Notes under the pieces: generated by a model | The model's input: the letters and a program-made list of their open reading frames with translations, nothing else | Database searches by the model: none | What the model was told of the DNA's origin: nothing | Part shown: one piece after another, positions 27,025 to 39,700 of the stretch | Numbering within the stretch: position 1 is the stretch's first letter | Layout: each line of letters begins with the position of its first letter | From: Amoeboaphelidium protococcarum X5 | Lineage: Eukaryota > Fungi > Aphelidiomycota | Length of the DNA stretch: 64,000 nucleotides | Direction: 5' to 3' | NCBI GenBank assembly: GCA_023515725.1 | Contig: JALDTO010000146.1 | Location: 496,001-560,000 of the forward strand | Program-made: the position numbers and the translations under genes

Positions 27025-27810
27025 TCATAGTAGAACGACAAAGAAAAGAATAATGACAATGATGACCAGGACAACTATGCACATAAAAGTCTTCATATCT
27101 GTGCCATTAGCTTTCAACAGTTGGTCAAGTCGCTTCTGGGCAGCACGTAGTCTATTCCCGCTAGAGTCAACCTTCTCATCCAATCTATCAAGTAATATCT
27201 ATTGATCGTCTAGCTCTGTATTCATTGTATTGGCAATATTCTTGATATTAACCACAGTATGTAGCACAGAATCCAACTATTCATCCTATCTCTGCATAAA
27301 CAACTACTACTGATCCCCCTCATTTTAAATCATAGAGTCTACTGCATTGTTAGTATTAGCACCGCCAGCTCCTTATCTAAAACTGTTATTGTTGTTAAAA
27401 TTCGCATTACTCTGTTACTACTTAGTAGATGCAGACTGCTACTTCTACTGCTATATCTAATGGTGCATTCGATCTAACGTAGATTTGCATTGCTCGACAA
27501 ATGACCGCCTAGACGTTACTTCAGCCGTAGTGAGTCGAAACTTGGCCGGATTAGACTCCACTATCCTCACAGTCTCTTCCAAATCTTATATATCCCACTC
27601 GATGGTCTTCAATTAAGAGGTAATCTCTTCTCTGACATGAATAGCCTGAGGTCCCTTTAAAATTGCCAATCGGCTAAACTATTACTACAAGTTATTCAGA
27701 CTCTTTTAGACCTCACTACACTTACACTGACAATATGAAATTCATAATCAAATTAAATAACAGGTTAATAAAGCTTACTCTTTAACAATATAGAATGGAT
27801 CATCGGCCAT
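27025..27810 (-). CDS. STX6: syntaxin-6/Tlg1 Qc-SNARE; intron 27716-27778
   Basis: MADDPFYIVKDEVQ, WDIQDLEETVRIVESNPAKFRL, SNARE motif QDEQLDSV...QQILLDRL, C-terminal TM helix; spliced length 723 nt is in frame. Confidence 0.9.
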
Positions 27811-28008
27811 CTTTATATAAGACTTTCGACAATAGTTAAAGCTGGAAGAGCCTAAAAGTTAAAATTAACAATTAAATTCTTCTTGAACGCTTTCAAAGGA
27901 AAAAAGAGATTCTAACGAGCAGATCGCCTTCATTGCTTCTCTACTACCTCTATTTAGAGAAAACTCACCATCAATACTTTTATTATCTGCTATAACTAGA
28001 TACAAGCT

Positions 28009-28671
28009 ATGCTGAAATTTAATAAGACTGTAGTGTAACGCGTCAGCTTGTAGTCTGCACAAGTTGTAAACCGATATAATGTGAAATCTTTGCGTAATTA
28101 CGCGTCTACCGTGAATAATCAAGAGCCATCTCTGGATCAGTTGATATCATAAGCGCATGATTGCCTTCTCAATGGAGACGTAGATAATGCACTTGGGCAC
28201 TTTTAATCATACTTGTAACGTGACAAGTCTAATGCTGATGTGTATTACAATATTGGAAATGTGTACTTCTAGAAAGGCGACTTGGATCAAGCGAAATCTA
28301 ATTGGGAGTAAAGTCTTACCATAAAACCATCTAGTGATGCTTATACGAATCTGGGAAATTTCTACCTAATGTTTGATCAAGGCGATTCTTAAATATCCTC
28401 TCAGAAGGCAATAGAGTACTACAAGAAGGCGACAGAGCTAGATCCCCAAGACGGCGAGATCTTATTCAATCTCGGACTTGCGTATGATCGCAATGGAGAT
28501 CATGAGAACGCTTTACAAACTCTTTAAGCATCAGAAGAGAAACTGTCGCGTAAATGTGATGAAATGAGCGACGAAGATCAGTACAAGAACATTCTGAAAC
28601 AGAAGATTGACGCTGTCAAGGTGTTTCTGCGTAACACTTAAATTAAGTTGGGTACCAGCGTTAAGGAATGA
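28009..28671 (+). CDS. TPR-repeat protein, probably mitochondrial
   Basis: Presequence-like N-terminus (..SLRNYAST); TPRs ADVYYNIGNVYFQKGD, DAYTNLGN, GEILFNLGLAYDRNG. Confidence 0.8.
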
Positions 28672-28921
28672 TCATAAAATATTCACAATACACGGTGAAA
28701 GTCTTGTCGCATTAAATTTTTTTTAAGTTCGAGCGGTAAATCAGTTTTGATTTTATAGAGTCGATCTTACATAACAGGTTGAAGTAAAGTATTGATGAAG
28801 CTCCAATCAGGAGGCACACATTCCAATCGCTGTCGGTTAATCACAATGGACAACGACCAGAGTGACTTTTCTCTTTCTCACAGCTGCTTACTATCATTGT
28901 CATAGTGTAAAAAATAAAGAT

Positions 28922-30241
28922 ATGAAATAATTTACTGAAATTGCGTTATTACTACTTGCCGGAGTCTGCTCTGTGACGGCTAACCAGCAACAACATGCTT
29001 TCACGACGTCATCCGAGATGAATGCGGAGAGATTCGATGGCCACAAGCTGGTGTCTGTGTGCGATAAGAGCGCGTCTACTCTTAAATTCTTCCAGGAGAT
29101 GGATGTGTGGGGTGGCGATGACAAGTGTCTGTACGTCAAGGTATCGCCAGAGGAAATGCCTGCTCTGGATCAGTAGGGAATATCGTATGGTGTGATGAAT
29201 CACAACATTTAGAAGGATGTTGATGCTGAACTCGCTAGAATGGCCATTTTCCAGATGATGCCAGCTTCTGTTCAAACTGACAATTGGTTTTCTGAATTCC
29301 ACCGTTATGAAGAAATCAAGGCTTGGTACAAGAATCTGGCTGAGCGCAATTCCGAGTTTATCAGGTTCATTCCATCTATTGGTAAAACTTATGAAGGACG
29401 CGATTTGTTCGCTATCGAGATCAATACTCCTAATGGTGTCGCTGCTGAAAAGAAGTAAATCTACTTCCAGAGTTAGATTCACGCGCGTGAGTGGATCAGT
29501 GGTGCTACTGTGTAGTATGTTGTCAATAAGCTTGTTGATTAATTCAACAGTGGCGATGAGGAGGTTGTGGAGCTTTTTTCCCGTGTCGAATTGCTGGTTG
29601 TGCCTATTGTCAACCCTGATGGTTATGAGTACACTCACACTGCTAACCGTCTGTGGAGAAAGAACAGAAAGCTTATCTCTGGCAGAACTTATGGTGTTGA
29701 TCTGAATAGAAATTATGACGTCAACTGGGATTTCGCTGGTGGTGCTTCCAAGAATCCTAATTCCGAGACGTATAAGGGCGAGACTGCTGCTAGTGAAAAT
29801 GAGATTCAGGCAGTCACTAACTTTTTCTTAAATCACACTCGTATTGTGGGTGCTATTGATTTCCACTCCTTTAGTCAGTTGGTGCTGCGTCCCCTGGGCC
29901 ACACTAACCGTAAGCCTCGTGATTATGATCGCCTAAAGGCTGTCGGTGATGGCATCTCTTCCGCTATTAAGTCAGTGAATGGAAAGGTGTACAAGAACAT
30001 GCCTTCAGTTGATCTGTATCCAACCAGTGGAAGCGCTCATGATTGGTTTTACGCGTCTGAAGATGTGAAGAAGAGATATGACGGGCAGAGAATCTATGGC
30101 TTCACCATTGAGTTGAGACCAAGAACCATGTGGGAGGGTGGCTTTATTATCAGCCCTAGGCAGATTGTCCCTACTGGAGAAGAGATTTACAATGCAATGC
30201 TGTACTTTATGGACGAGGCTGAGAAGAATCCTTTGTATTGA
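28922..30241 (+). CDS. secreted zinc carboxypeptidase A/B family (M14A) prepro-enzyme
   Basis: Signal peptide; IHAREWIS, VNPDGY, WRKNR, GVDLNRNY, DFHSFSQ, GFTIELR. Confidence 0.93.
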
Positions 30242-30339
30242 TTTAATGAAGTATTATACGTGACACGCATTGATATTACGAAAGACAATCATTTCGTTAT
30301 ATTGACCATTGACCATTGATCTTAATTTTTTATTATTAT

Positions 30340-31131
30340 TCAATTAGATTCCACAATATGAGTCAATTTCGGAACATCTTACAACGGCCCATCTTCTCGC
30401 GCTAGACTTGGTATAGAGGCCACCCTCTTAATCAATCCTCTTTCGAAAACCTGAGATGAAGCCACTTGCTGTGCAAATTCTCTAATCTTCACCTCCTCCT
30501 CTTAGCTTCTCTTTTCCGGTATAGTCTTTGGTAATAATTGCAATTCACTATTATAGAGATCGACAAACTCTTACAACAGAGCTTTACACAGCGACGTCCA
30601 ATCTTTATGCAGTTCGGAAGTAGATGTAAATGGATTTTAAGTGTCTTTGCCGATCGCGGACACTTGCAAGCCGCCTATAATTTATTCTAATTTAACCTGC
30701 ATTAGTGTAATTTGCGTTGGGTGGTTTGAATATTACCCGCTCTTTTATTACGATGACTGTGCCTGCATACTAGTCGGTATATTATGACCGCGCCTAGATT
30801 TTTGACGCTTGTGACCAGACTTGACATCTCCAGACACTCCTAACCCGCTCAAGTCACTGCCCATTAGCTCGTTCCTTTTATGCTACAACTAAGACTTCTT
30901 GGACTGATCATTCGGATCAACGGGAGTGTTGAACTTTACATAGTTAATTTATCCAGAATCTATTTCTCTTGACAGTTGCGACAGTACGGCAAGCAGGGAT
31001 CCAGTAGCTTCGCTCCTATTAGCTCTTCGCTACTCTTCCAAAGAGGAATATTCCTTCAAAGTCCAGACATGCTCAAACAAGACATCATTCGTATGACTAA
31101 AAGTAATGGTAAATTTCAAAGGATACGCCAT
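30340..31131 (-). CDS. hypothetical protein, 263 aa, possibly a longin-like fold
   Basis: Open frame ATG31131-TGA30340; beta-beta-helix start (LKFTITFSHTNDVLFEHVW...GSLLAVLSQLSREI) and C-terminal helix (LCKALLQEFVDLY). Confidence 0.6.
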
Positions 31132-31842
31132 ATATAACCTCTCTCACGCTTATAGAAATAGTGTTGGTAGAAGCGTTATTATTACTGAGATTGTAAGAGG
31201 AGTATTTGAACCAGAAGAACTGAGCTCTCAGTAGGAACTCTAATCGAAAATATTATTAGAAAACAGTGAGTCTTTCTGGAAAATACACAGAAGAGGAGTA
31301 GAGAGCGGCGAAGTACCGCGTGGGCTACAAGCCATGAGATAGAAGCCTCGAAACATGCAGTAGATCTCTGATATTTGCAATTAATTGATAAATCATTTGT
31401 TTGAATTCAAAATAAATTTAGGATGGGTACTTGGATAGAGACACCATTCAGCTACTTTCGATAACATGTTTTGCACTGAAATGTGTCGCATCAAAGATGT
31501 AAAGATTAAACCATTCCCATTGTGAATGCTCTATGAAACATCAAATTTAGGAGGTGGTATCATTTGAAATATAAGATATATGAGGATGGGACATTTGAGG
31601 ATGAACATGACCGGGATGATGGACTTGAGACATATTGTGGTTTTAACTGCAATTTGGTTCCTCACACAGAAAACCAACTGGAATGTGAAATATCAATTAA
31701 TTTGCAATAACGCGATTGTGAGAGCCCAATTGAAGTTGAAGTTACTGTATAAAACTGCGCTCAGGCTGACTAAATATACGACAGATTGTGAAATATTGAA
31801 AAACAATCTATGAAAATTAGACAAATTTTCTATTCTTTCAAA

Positions 31843-32751
31843 ATGTCCAGTGACCAACAGCGAATTTGGTATTCTCTTGTGCAGGCTGATGGTACACCAT
31901 TCAGCAATTCTACCGCTGCCAGTGTGCTTATGTCTCTTAATTAAATCATTGATGACCTCCGCAAAGCAATCAAGGCTGAGAATGAGAACAAGTTGGCCAA
32001 AGTCGACTCCTCCGATTTGAAGGTGTTCAGGAGCAAGGCTGATTTAACGGGCTTGCCTCTGGGTGAAGAGACGCCTGTCAGTGATCTTGGAGAGGCAGGA
32101 AAGAAGAAGAATACTGCTCTGCTGGTATTAATTCCGGGATCTCGTGTGTCTAGCCGCTCGCCGTTAGAAACCTGTCTTACTTCCAAGTCGGCTCAATCTA
32201 GTTTAAAGCCATTTCGACAGCAACGATACAGGAGAATGAGTGTTGAAACGTCTTGCCGAAAGTACTTTAACGCGATTGCTACGAAGCTATCGTGTTTCTA
32301 CAGATTTGACTACCGACACGAGGATGGACCTACCATTGGAGATGTTTTGATGGCGAAGGACGGAAACTAAGGATTTTGGAAAGAAGGAGATGGTGATCAA
32401 GAAGTATATTGGGATTTCAAAAGAGCGACACGAACGTATGAACAAGTGGATTCTGATGGTTTCTATAGCGTGATTCACCGCGGGGAGCCGTTGAAGAAGG
32501 AGAGATTACCAGACTTATTTTCGCCCAGTGAATGGAGCATAATCAGTCAACTCAACAAGAAGACAAGCGAGAGGGTTCATGATGGTCAGTTACCAAACTT
32601 GCAGAATGGGAAGCCTTACATTATTATTCCTCATTCTGAATTCACGTCCGAAATGGTTGCTTCTCTGAAGAATATCGCTGTGAAGGCTTCGCTTTTCTAC
32701 AGCCCTGATGATCTTGTCGTCAAAGATGAAGATGATCTGTCGGAAGGGTGA
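31843..32751 (+). CDS. Crinkler (CRN)-family effector: ubiquitin-like CRN N-terminal domain plus C-terminal effector domain, 302 aa
   Basis: IWYSLVQADGTPF...IDDLRKAIKAENENKLAKVDSSDLKVFRSK...LGEAGKKKNTALLVLIP is the chytrid/oomycete-type CRN header; open frame with two TAA=Q. Confidence 0.85.
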
Positions 32752-33537
32752 AGTTTAATGTGAGAAATAAAGTTTCATTGATAGTTAAAGACTAAGTCGC
32801 ACCTTTTACACGTGTTGATTGAAGTACTCACAATCTCAATTAGCTTAAAATTCGTAAATATTCTGAACATCATAATGGTTTCAATGAATCAGCAAGTTCA
32901 GCTTCTTCATTTGTGAACTCAGCCACAATGTTCGCGCATTCCTGGCGGTCTCCCAGCTGAAGATTCTCGCTGTTTTGGATCAATACGCTCTTGGCTAATT
33001 CCAATATCAAAAGCAATACTTTCATCATCACTATCAAAACTAAGCATTACTACACATTAAGCTAATTTTAGGAAGGGGCCATTGAGAAGCAGTGATTTTC
33101 AGCCTTGAGCTTCTATAATTATTGACTGCACTATTGCAGTTTTTGTTAAAGCCAAGACTGCTATTATATGACTCATCGCGCGTTCTAATGTGACGATGAC
33201 GTTTTACGCGGTTTCCGGGAAAAAGGGGCGAATTCTTGACGTTTTCATGGCCTGGCCGACGGTATTTTTTCCTACAAAATTCTATTATTCGCGCTCTTTG
33301 TATTAGTCAGCAATTTGTGGGAGTATATCACATTAGTGACATAATATATAATACATACGTATAGTTAATATTACCTGATTAAACATCACATTACTTACAA
33401 CTAAATAGGAGTTTTCATAGGGCGATCTAAAAAACAGTTAGTTTGCCCTCAAAAAAAAGTCAAAGAAGCGCATAAGCTCAGATACAGCATTATTTTACTC
33501 ATATTGGTATATAATCATCATTCATCAACAGCCGAGG

Positions 33538-34467
33538 ATGCCAGCTGTGAAGAGAAATAAGAAAAGCCCTTCACCTCAGTCTAAAGATGCACTGCCTTCT
33601 AATAATGGTGTATTTAATGGTATTCGCGCGTCATTACTATCAGATTCTTAAAGAGCTCCTAATTTTTTCTGGTTTACGGATCTGACGCCTAATTGTACCA
33701 TACTGTGGGTGAGCCCGTCGTGTTAGGATCTTATTGGGTTTAGAGAAGAGGAAATGGTTGGCAAGAGTGGATATGCATTCGTGCATCCCGATGACATTGA
33801 AGTAACTGAGAAGAATCACATGTTTAATCTGACAGAGTCTGTTATCGCAAGAATAATGACCATGCGATGGCTGTGCAAGGACAAGGATGGTAAGCTCACT
33901 TATAAACTGTTGGATCTCGCCGTGAACATTTGCTATGATTGCCTTGTGGCCATTGGAGCGCTGCACGAGTACAATCAGAATAGCATAGCGTTCAGACAGT
34001 CTGCAGAAGATCTAGTACGTATCAATGCATGCGGATCCACCGTTGAGAACTGGATGTCCAGGAAGATGACAGTGATGCGACTGCTCTCCGACACGCTCAC
34101 TTGGGAGAGTTCAGCCAGTGCAACTAAAGAGCCACGTGTCTGCCTCATTCTGAACCGTTTCACCAACAAAGCCACAATTTAGTTTGCCACGATGGGCGCG
34201 AAGGAAGTTCTACAGGCGGACGATCATGAGCTCATCGGGAGAAGTTTTCTGGATTTCATTGCGGACAGTGCGGACGACTCGTCGCACGGCATCAAGTCGC
34301 TGGACCGTGTCAAGAGTGAGATTGACTTTGTGCGCAGCTCTGGCAATATACACCATATCAACTTTACGTGGAGGAACATTGGCACCACCCCGTCTATGCT
34401 TGAATGCGAGGCTATTATCACTTCTACCTGGGATGGTTTAGTATGCGTTATCCGCCGTAAGCAGTGA
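33538..34467 (+). CDS. tandem PAS-domain protein with no output domain
   Basis: PAS1 ILWVSPSCQDLIGFREEEMVGKSGYAFVHPDD; PAS2 EPRVCLILNRFT...ELIGRSFLDFI...TWDGLVCVIR. Confidence 0.85.
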
Positions 34468-34836
34468 CAATGTTTTAAGTTGTTCACAGATGTTTGAACT
34501 ATTACTGTGAATGTATGCAATGAAAGATTTAGAAATTTAATTTAGCAATATGCAAATCATTAAGGTTATTTCATTTTTATGGATATGACTTATGGACCTT
34601 CTACGAGGAAACCTTTTGATCGATCTTTGACGTGATCCTGAATGGACTTCTGCGCCATCAGTGGGAAATTGTTTTTTCGGATTTTCTCTCCTTTGATCAC
34701 ATTTTCTCATATTTACGCCATTTTAGTATCTGCTTTAGTACATCTAAATAAGGCTTCACTCGCTCAGTATCTCCTAATAAAATATTCAAATCTCGTTATT
34801 AACGTTTATTTCTGTATTGATATTTGAATAATAGTT

Positions 34837-36615
34837 ATGGCTGCAGTGAAAGTCCATTATAAGAGAGTAGTAACGTTGGATGATGAGGAAAAGATGCAAG
34901 TGGACGTGATGAACAGGATGCGCAGTTAATTGAGGAGCAGCTCATGTCAGCTAAAATTTTACACCACGCTTTTGTTATTGCTTGGTATTGCCCAGCTGAT
35001 TTATATTGCTCTATTTCATACTGATGTGCCATGCAAGCTGGGTATGTCGCTGTGTCGCCGCCGCTTTAAACACGCCACTCTGCCAGAGAAGCGTAATGTT
35101 ATTTTTATGGTATCTGATGGATTTGGACCGACAAGTGAGACTTATGCCAGATACTTTTATCAATATCTCAAGTATGGTAGAAATGATCCACCTACTACTC
35201 CTCGAGGTGATGTGGATGCCATGCTTCCCCTAGATACTATTCTAGTGGGCACCTCTCGCACGAGATCATATGACAGTTTGATCACTGATAGTGCTGCAGG
35301 TGCCACAGCATTCAGTTGCCTATTGAAGACGTATAATAATGCAATTGGAGTAAATGCTACGCAGCATCCATGTCCTACTCTGATGGAGGTGGCCAAGATG
35401 GCTGGATATTCGACTGGCCTTGTGGTGAGAAGTAGAATTACTGATGCCACGCCTGCGTCTTTTTCATCGCATCTTGTGCATAGAAAGTATTAGCCAGAGA
35501 TTGCTTTTCAGCAGGTTGGATTCGGACCTTTTGGAAGATCCGTTGATGTTATCATGGGTGGTGGACGATGCTTCTATTTACCAAGTAATGATGATAGTGG
35601 CCGCTCTTGTCGTGAAGACGATGTTGATTTAGAACATTTAGCATCCAAGCATCTGGGATATAACACTGTGATTAATAGTAGGTCGGAGTTTGATTAGCTA
35701 ACTGGCTCTGCAGATGAACTGCCTTTACTGGCTCTGTTCACTGATCAGGATATGTCATACGAGATTGATAGAAATTCAGCGGAGGAGCCATCGCTTGCTG
35801 AGATGACAGCCGTTGCGCTGAAGCAGTTGGCTGATTTATCGAAAGATTCAGACAAGGGATTCTTCATTCTCGTTGAGGGATCTAGAATTGATCACGCAGC
35901 CCATAGTAATGATGCAGCAGCTCATGCTTACGAGATTTTGGCGTATTAGGAAACGATCCAGGTGGTGAAAGATTTTATTGATTAGAATGAAGGCACTGTT
36001 ATGATTAGCACTTCAGATCATGAGACTGGTGGTGTTACTCTGGGTCGCTAGATTGGGCCAAAATATCCTGATTATGTCTGGTATCCACAAGTGGTGGCTG
36101 CTGTTAAAAATTCCACCGAGGTCATTGCTCAGTAGTTGTTGGAAGTTACGAATAAGGAAGATAAAAAGAGCTTTGTACTGCGCGTTCTTCCTGAAGTATT
36201 CGGTATTGATGACTTTAGTGAAGAGACTGTTTAGTAGTTGGTCGATAGCAATGACATGAATCAAATTTAAGATATATTTGGAAGTTTGGTGAATGAGCGC
36301 GCAATGATTGCCTTTACTACTCATGGCCACACTGGAGTTGATGTTAATGTTTACGCGTATGCTGGCTAGAAGTACGCGAGAGCATTGCATCCAGTGCGTG
36401 GAAATTAAGAGAATACAAACATTGGTTTATTCATGAAGAGTTTACTTTAGCTGGATGATACTTTATTTGAGAAGGCGCAAGTCAGTCTATTGAATGCTGT
36501 CGCAGATGGTTCCCTGACTGTAGATCCTAGATTGGATAAGAACAGAACAATGGTCGAAGGATTACAGGTTGCAAGTGCTGCCGAGGTTGTGGACCGCTTC
36601 CATACCTCCCATTGA
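34837..36615 (+). CDS. PHO8: vacuolar alkaline phosphatase, type II membrane anchor
   Basis: KRNVIFMVSDGFGP, ITDSAAGATAF (Ser nucleophile), ITDATPASF, VEGSRIDHAAHSND, TSDHETGG, THGHTGVDV. Confidence 0.93.
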
Positions 36616-36711
36616 TTATGAACGTGTTAAGAGAATAGATAAAGTTAAATAATTAAAATAAGACATTTTAGTAACCTTCAAGTTCTCCTCATCAGACAAT
36701 TTACATTCATA

Positions 36712-39700
36712 TCACTTCATGACACCAGTCAACTTCAAATCCCGTAAACTTTGGCGTACATTGAACACTTCCGACAGGTTGACAACGTTGCGGCCATTCA
36801 GGTCCAAATACTCTTTGATCACACCATGAACTTTAGCCATACTTGGTCTATTGACCAGCAATACTTGTTGGTATTTTTCCAACAAATCAGACTTCTTACA
36901 CTTTCTCATAAATCGGTCACAATCAAACAGCGTGGACCAATAGTATATTTAGTTGTACAGAGTATTGGCATTAATGTCCATCACTAGCTAGCCATTGCAA
37001 TTCTTTACAGGACATTTGCCATCAGCAGGAAGTTGTCTCGTCTTTTGACCACAGGCAACTTCGTCACAGGTAAAACTTCTTGCACCGAACAGCTTGATAG
37101 ATGCACGCACTTGAAGAAGCACCTGATTACACAATGTACCAATATTCATCTGCTACTTGCATTGTTGGCACTGCAAGCAACTCAAGACAACACTTCCTTC
37201 TGCGCCATCAGCATTAAACATACTCTCTACTGTATTTACATGTTTGCAAGCATTGCACGTAAGAGAGAGTCTCTTTACACTCTTAAAACGCTCGATATCA
37301 TCCAAGTTCTGAGTGAATGACGACCCGAAATCGTCATTAAGAGATAAAGACGACTGAGCTGATGAATTTGAGCTCTTAAACTTGCTAGCATCAAGACCAA
37401 GATGTTGTGCCAGTAGAGAATCGCTCGTTCCTTCTATAGGTTGACACAAGCGCGCAATAGGCGGATGCACCTGCACATTGAGATAATAATCATGATCAAT
37501 CTACAGCTGGCCTTCACTCTTGACAACATCATCAGGATGATAAGCACGTAAAGCAAAAGACTTGGTCATATCCTCATCTTTGCATATAACATACGGAACA
37601 GTCTCTCCAGCTTTCATAATGATACCTTTTTTCTTCAACTTTAACGCAACTTACACATGAGGCTACGACTTGGCATCGCCATAAGCTTCAGGGGACTTGG
37701 TGAGAGCTTTATTAATCACAAATTTCTCTACAGGAATCTTATCTTCACGGATATCTTTACCCAACTACTCAATGAATTGATGAATATTTAACACAACTTG
37801 ATCCTGGTCTTGCTCAGAGAGAATCTAATTCAACACATAGTCAGATGCATCATGAGACACATCACACCAGTCACGACGCACCAAGTCGAGGCCTTTGACT
37901 TCACGATTCAGTTTGACACTACCACCCTACTGCTCAACAGCTGTTATGGCAGCATACTTCTTCTTCTTCAGAATCAGAATTCTTCTAAAGAATCCATCCA
38001 TTTCAATCTCAAGCAGCTTGTACTTTTTGTTGACTTCACCCTTCAACTTGGCTCCAATCTTTTTCACGTCGCTCAGATCGTCACTCTTGGTATTGACCAT
38101 GATAGAGTCAGTATCACCATAGATGACATCCAAATTCAATAAACTCTCAGCCAAATTCACAGTGTCCTATAGAATCTCTCTTCCCTTGGCAGTGATCATT
38201 TTAGCCAGAGCCTGTGCATAAAATCTTGACTTGACGTAACCAAGACATCCGTACATGGAGTTGGCCGTAAGCTTTAATGCCTGTTGTCTAATATTCAATT
38301 GCGTATAATCAGAGGAATTTGGATCGGCAGCTTTCATAAGACTTTTCACTTATTTACGGCGACCAACCAATTAAGATAGCAATGCAGGCAACACTCCCTA
38401 CTCTAGCGAATCATCTGGCAGTTCAGGCAACTCATCTTCATCCCCTCCGCCCATGACATCTTGATCTGATCTCTCAACAGTGGTAAAGCAAATATTGAAC
38501 TCCTGTATTATGCTAGGATACAAACTGTTAAAGTCCAGCAATAGAACATAATTCTGATACAGGCCCTTCTTCGGTTCCAGCACAAGACCACCAAGATACT
38601 GCGGCTTTTTACGTCCCTTCTTGTCCCCTTAATCAGCCTAATCAGCATCAACATCATAAACACTTGACATCTTACTCAACTTCTTCCCATCCTGTGATAA
38701 ATTTCCATTGTTCTTTCTCGATGCATCCTCCATCCAGTACTTATCAGGGACAATGTAACAGCGATTGGTGAATTCATGCAATAGCAAATACTCATTGCAG
38801 TCGCTCCTACCAGTAGTCAGAGTCTTCTACCAAAGATTTCCTGCAAGATTGGTCAACTACTTGGTCAAAGGAATCAGCATAATTCGGAACACTAACTGCA
38901 TCGCAAGAAAAGCATCATTCTCGTTATGCTTAACCAACCACAGCAAGTCTTGGGCAGTATTATAGAATTACGGCACTTGCTCAACATCCAGCTCCGGCCT
39001 TTCCATTCCAAGAACAGATTTCGCAAGTACACCAAGTGAGTAACTGTTTGACTTGATATAGCTTTTACCAAGCCAGAAAGTGTCGCACATCAACCTACCA
39101 GAAATGACCTCTTTAATATTTTTGGATGAATCGTTTTAGGATGAGTTCAGACGCGGCCAATTAGATCTTCTTAGTCTACCCAACTTTGACCAGCCAGTGG
39201 TATTAAATCGCTTTAAAGCACTAACTACAACATCCAAGCCAAATCCAGACAAATTATGACCGACATACATGTCATGATCAATCTTTTGCAGCATCGCTAT
39301 GAGCAGATTGAGCAGAATACGCTCACCCTTCACAGTCTTGACGTTGCCTTTGCTCTATGCAATGCTCTCCTACAAATGCACTGGGAATCCTTAGCCTTCT
39401 AATTCATTAACAATCGTGCAGACTGAGAACGACTGTTGATCCACCTCCTCAGTCTAACCATCGACTTGAATCTTATCGTAACTCAGCAAACTGACCATGA
39501 CAATCTCATTCTAATTTTTCTGATAATTATGAACAGTTTTCACATTCATACTCAGCACAGTTAAAGGCGGAGGCGACTTGCAATATTACGGAACAAGATT
39601 ATTGTCCAAATCGGTATCTTGCACAGGCCTTATTGAATACACTGCAGCATTCTGATCAGTAGATGAGGAGGAAAGTACAGTTTTAGCTTCAACTTTACAC

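Noticed and set aside
31150-31795. Coding-like sequence upstream of the CRN gene
   Set aside because: Open stretches lie in different frames, are separated by TGA and lack a clear ATG; possibly a gene relic, but no model can be supported.
32870-33050. Short minus-strand ORFs (about 45-52 aa) downstream of the CRN gene
   Set aside because: Two competing short frames, no homology recognised.
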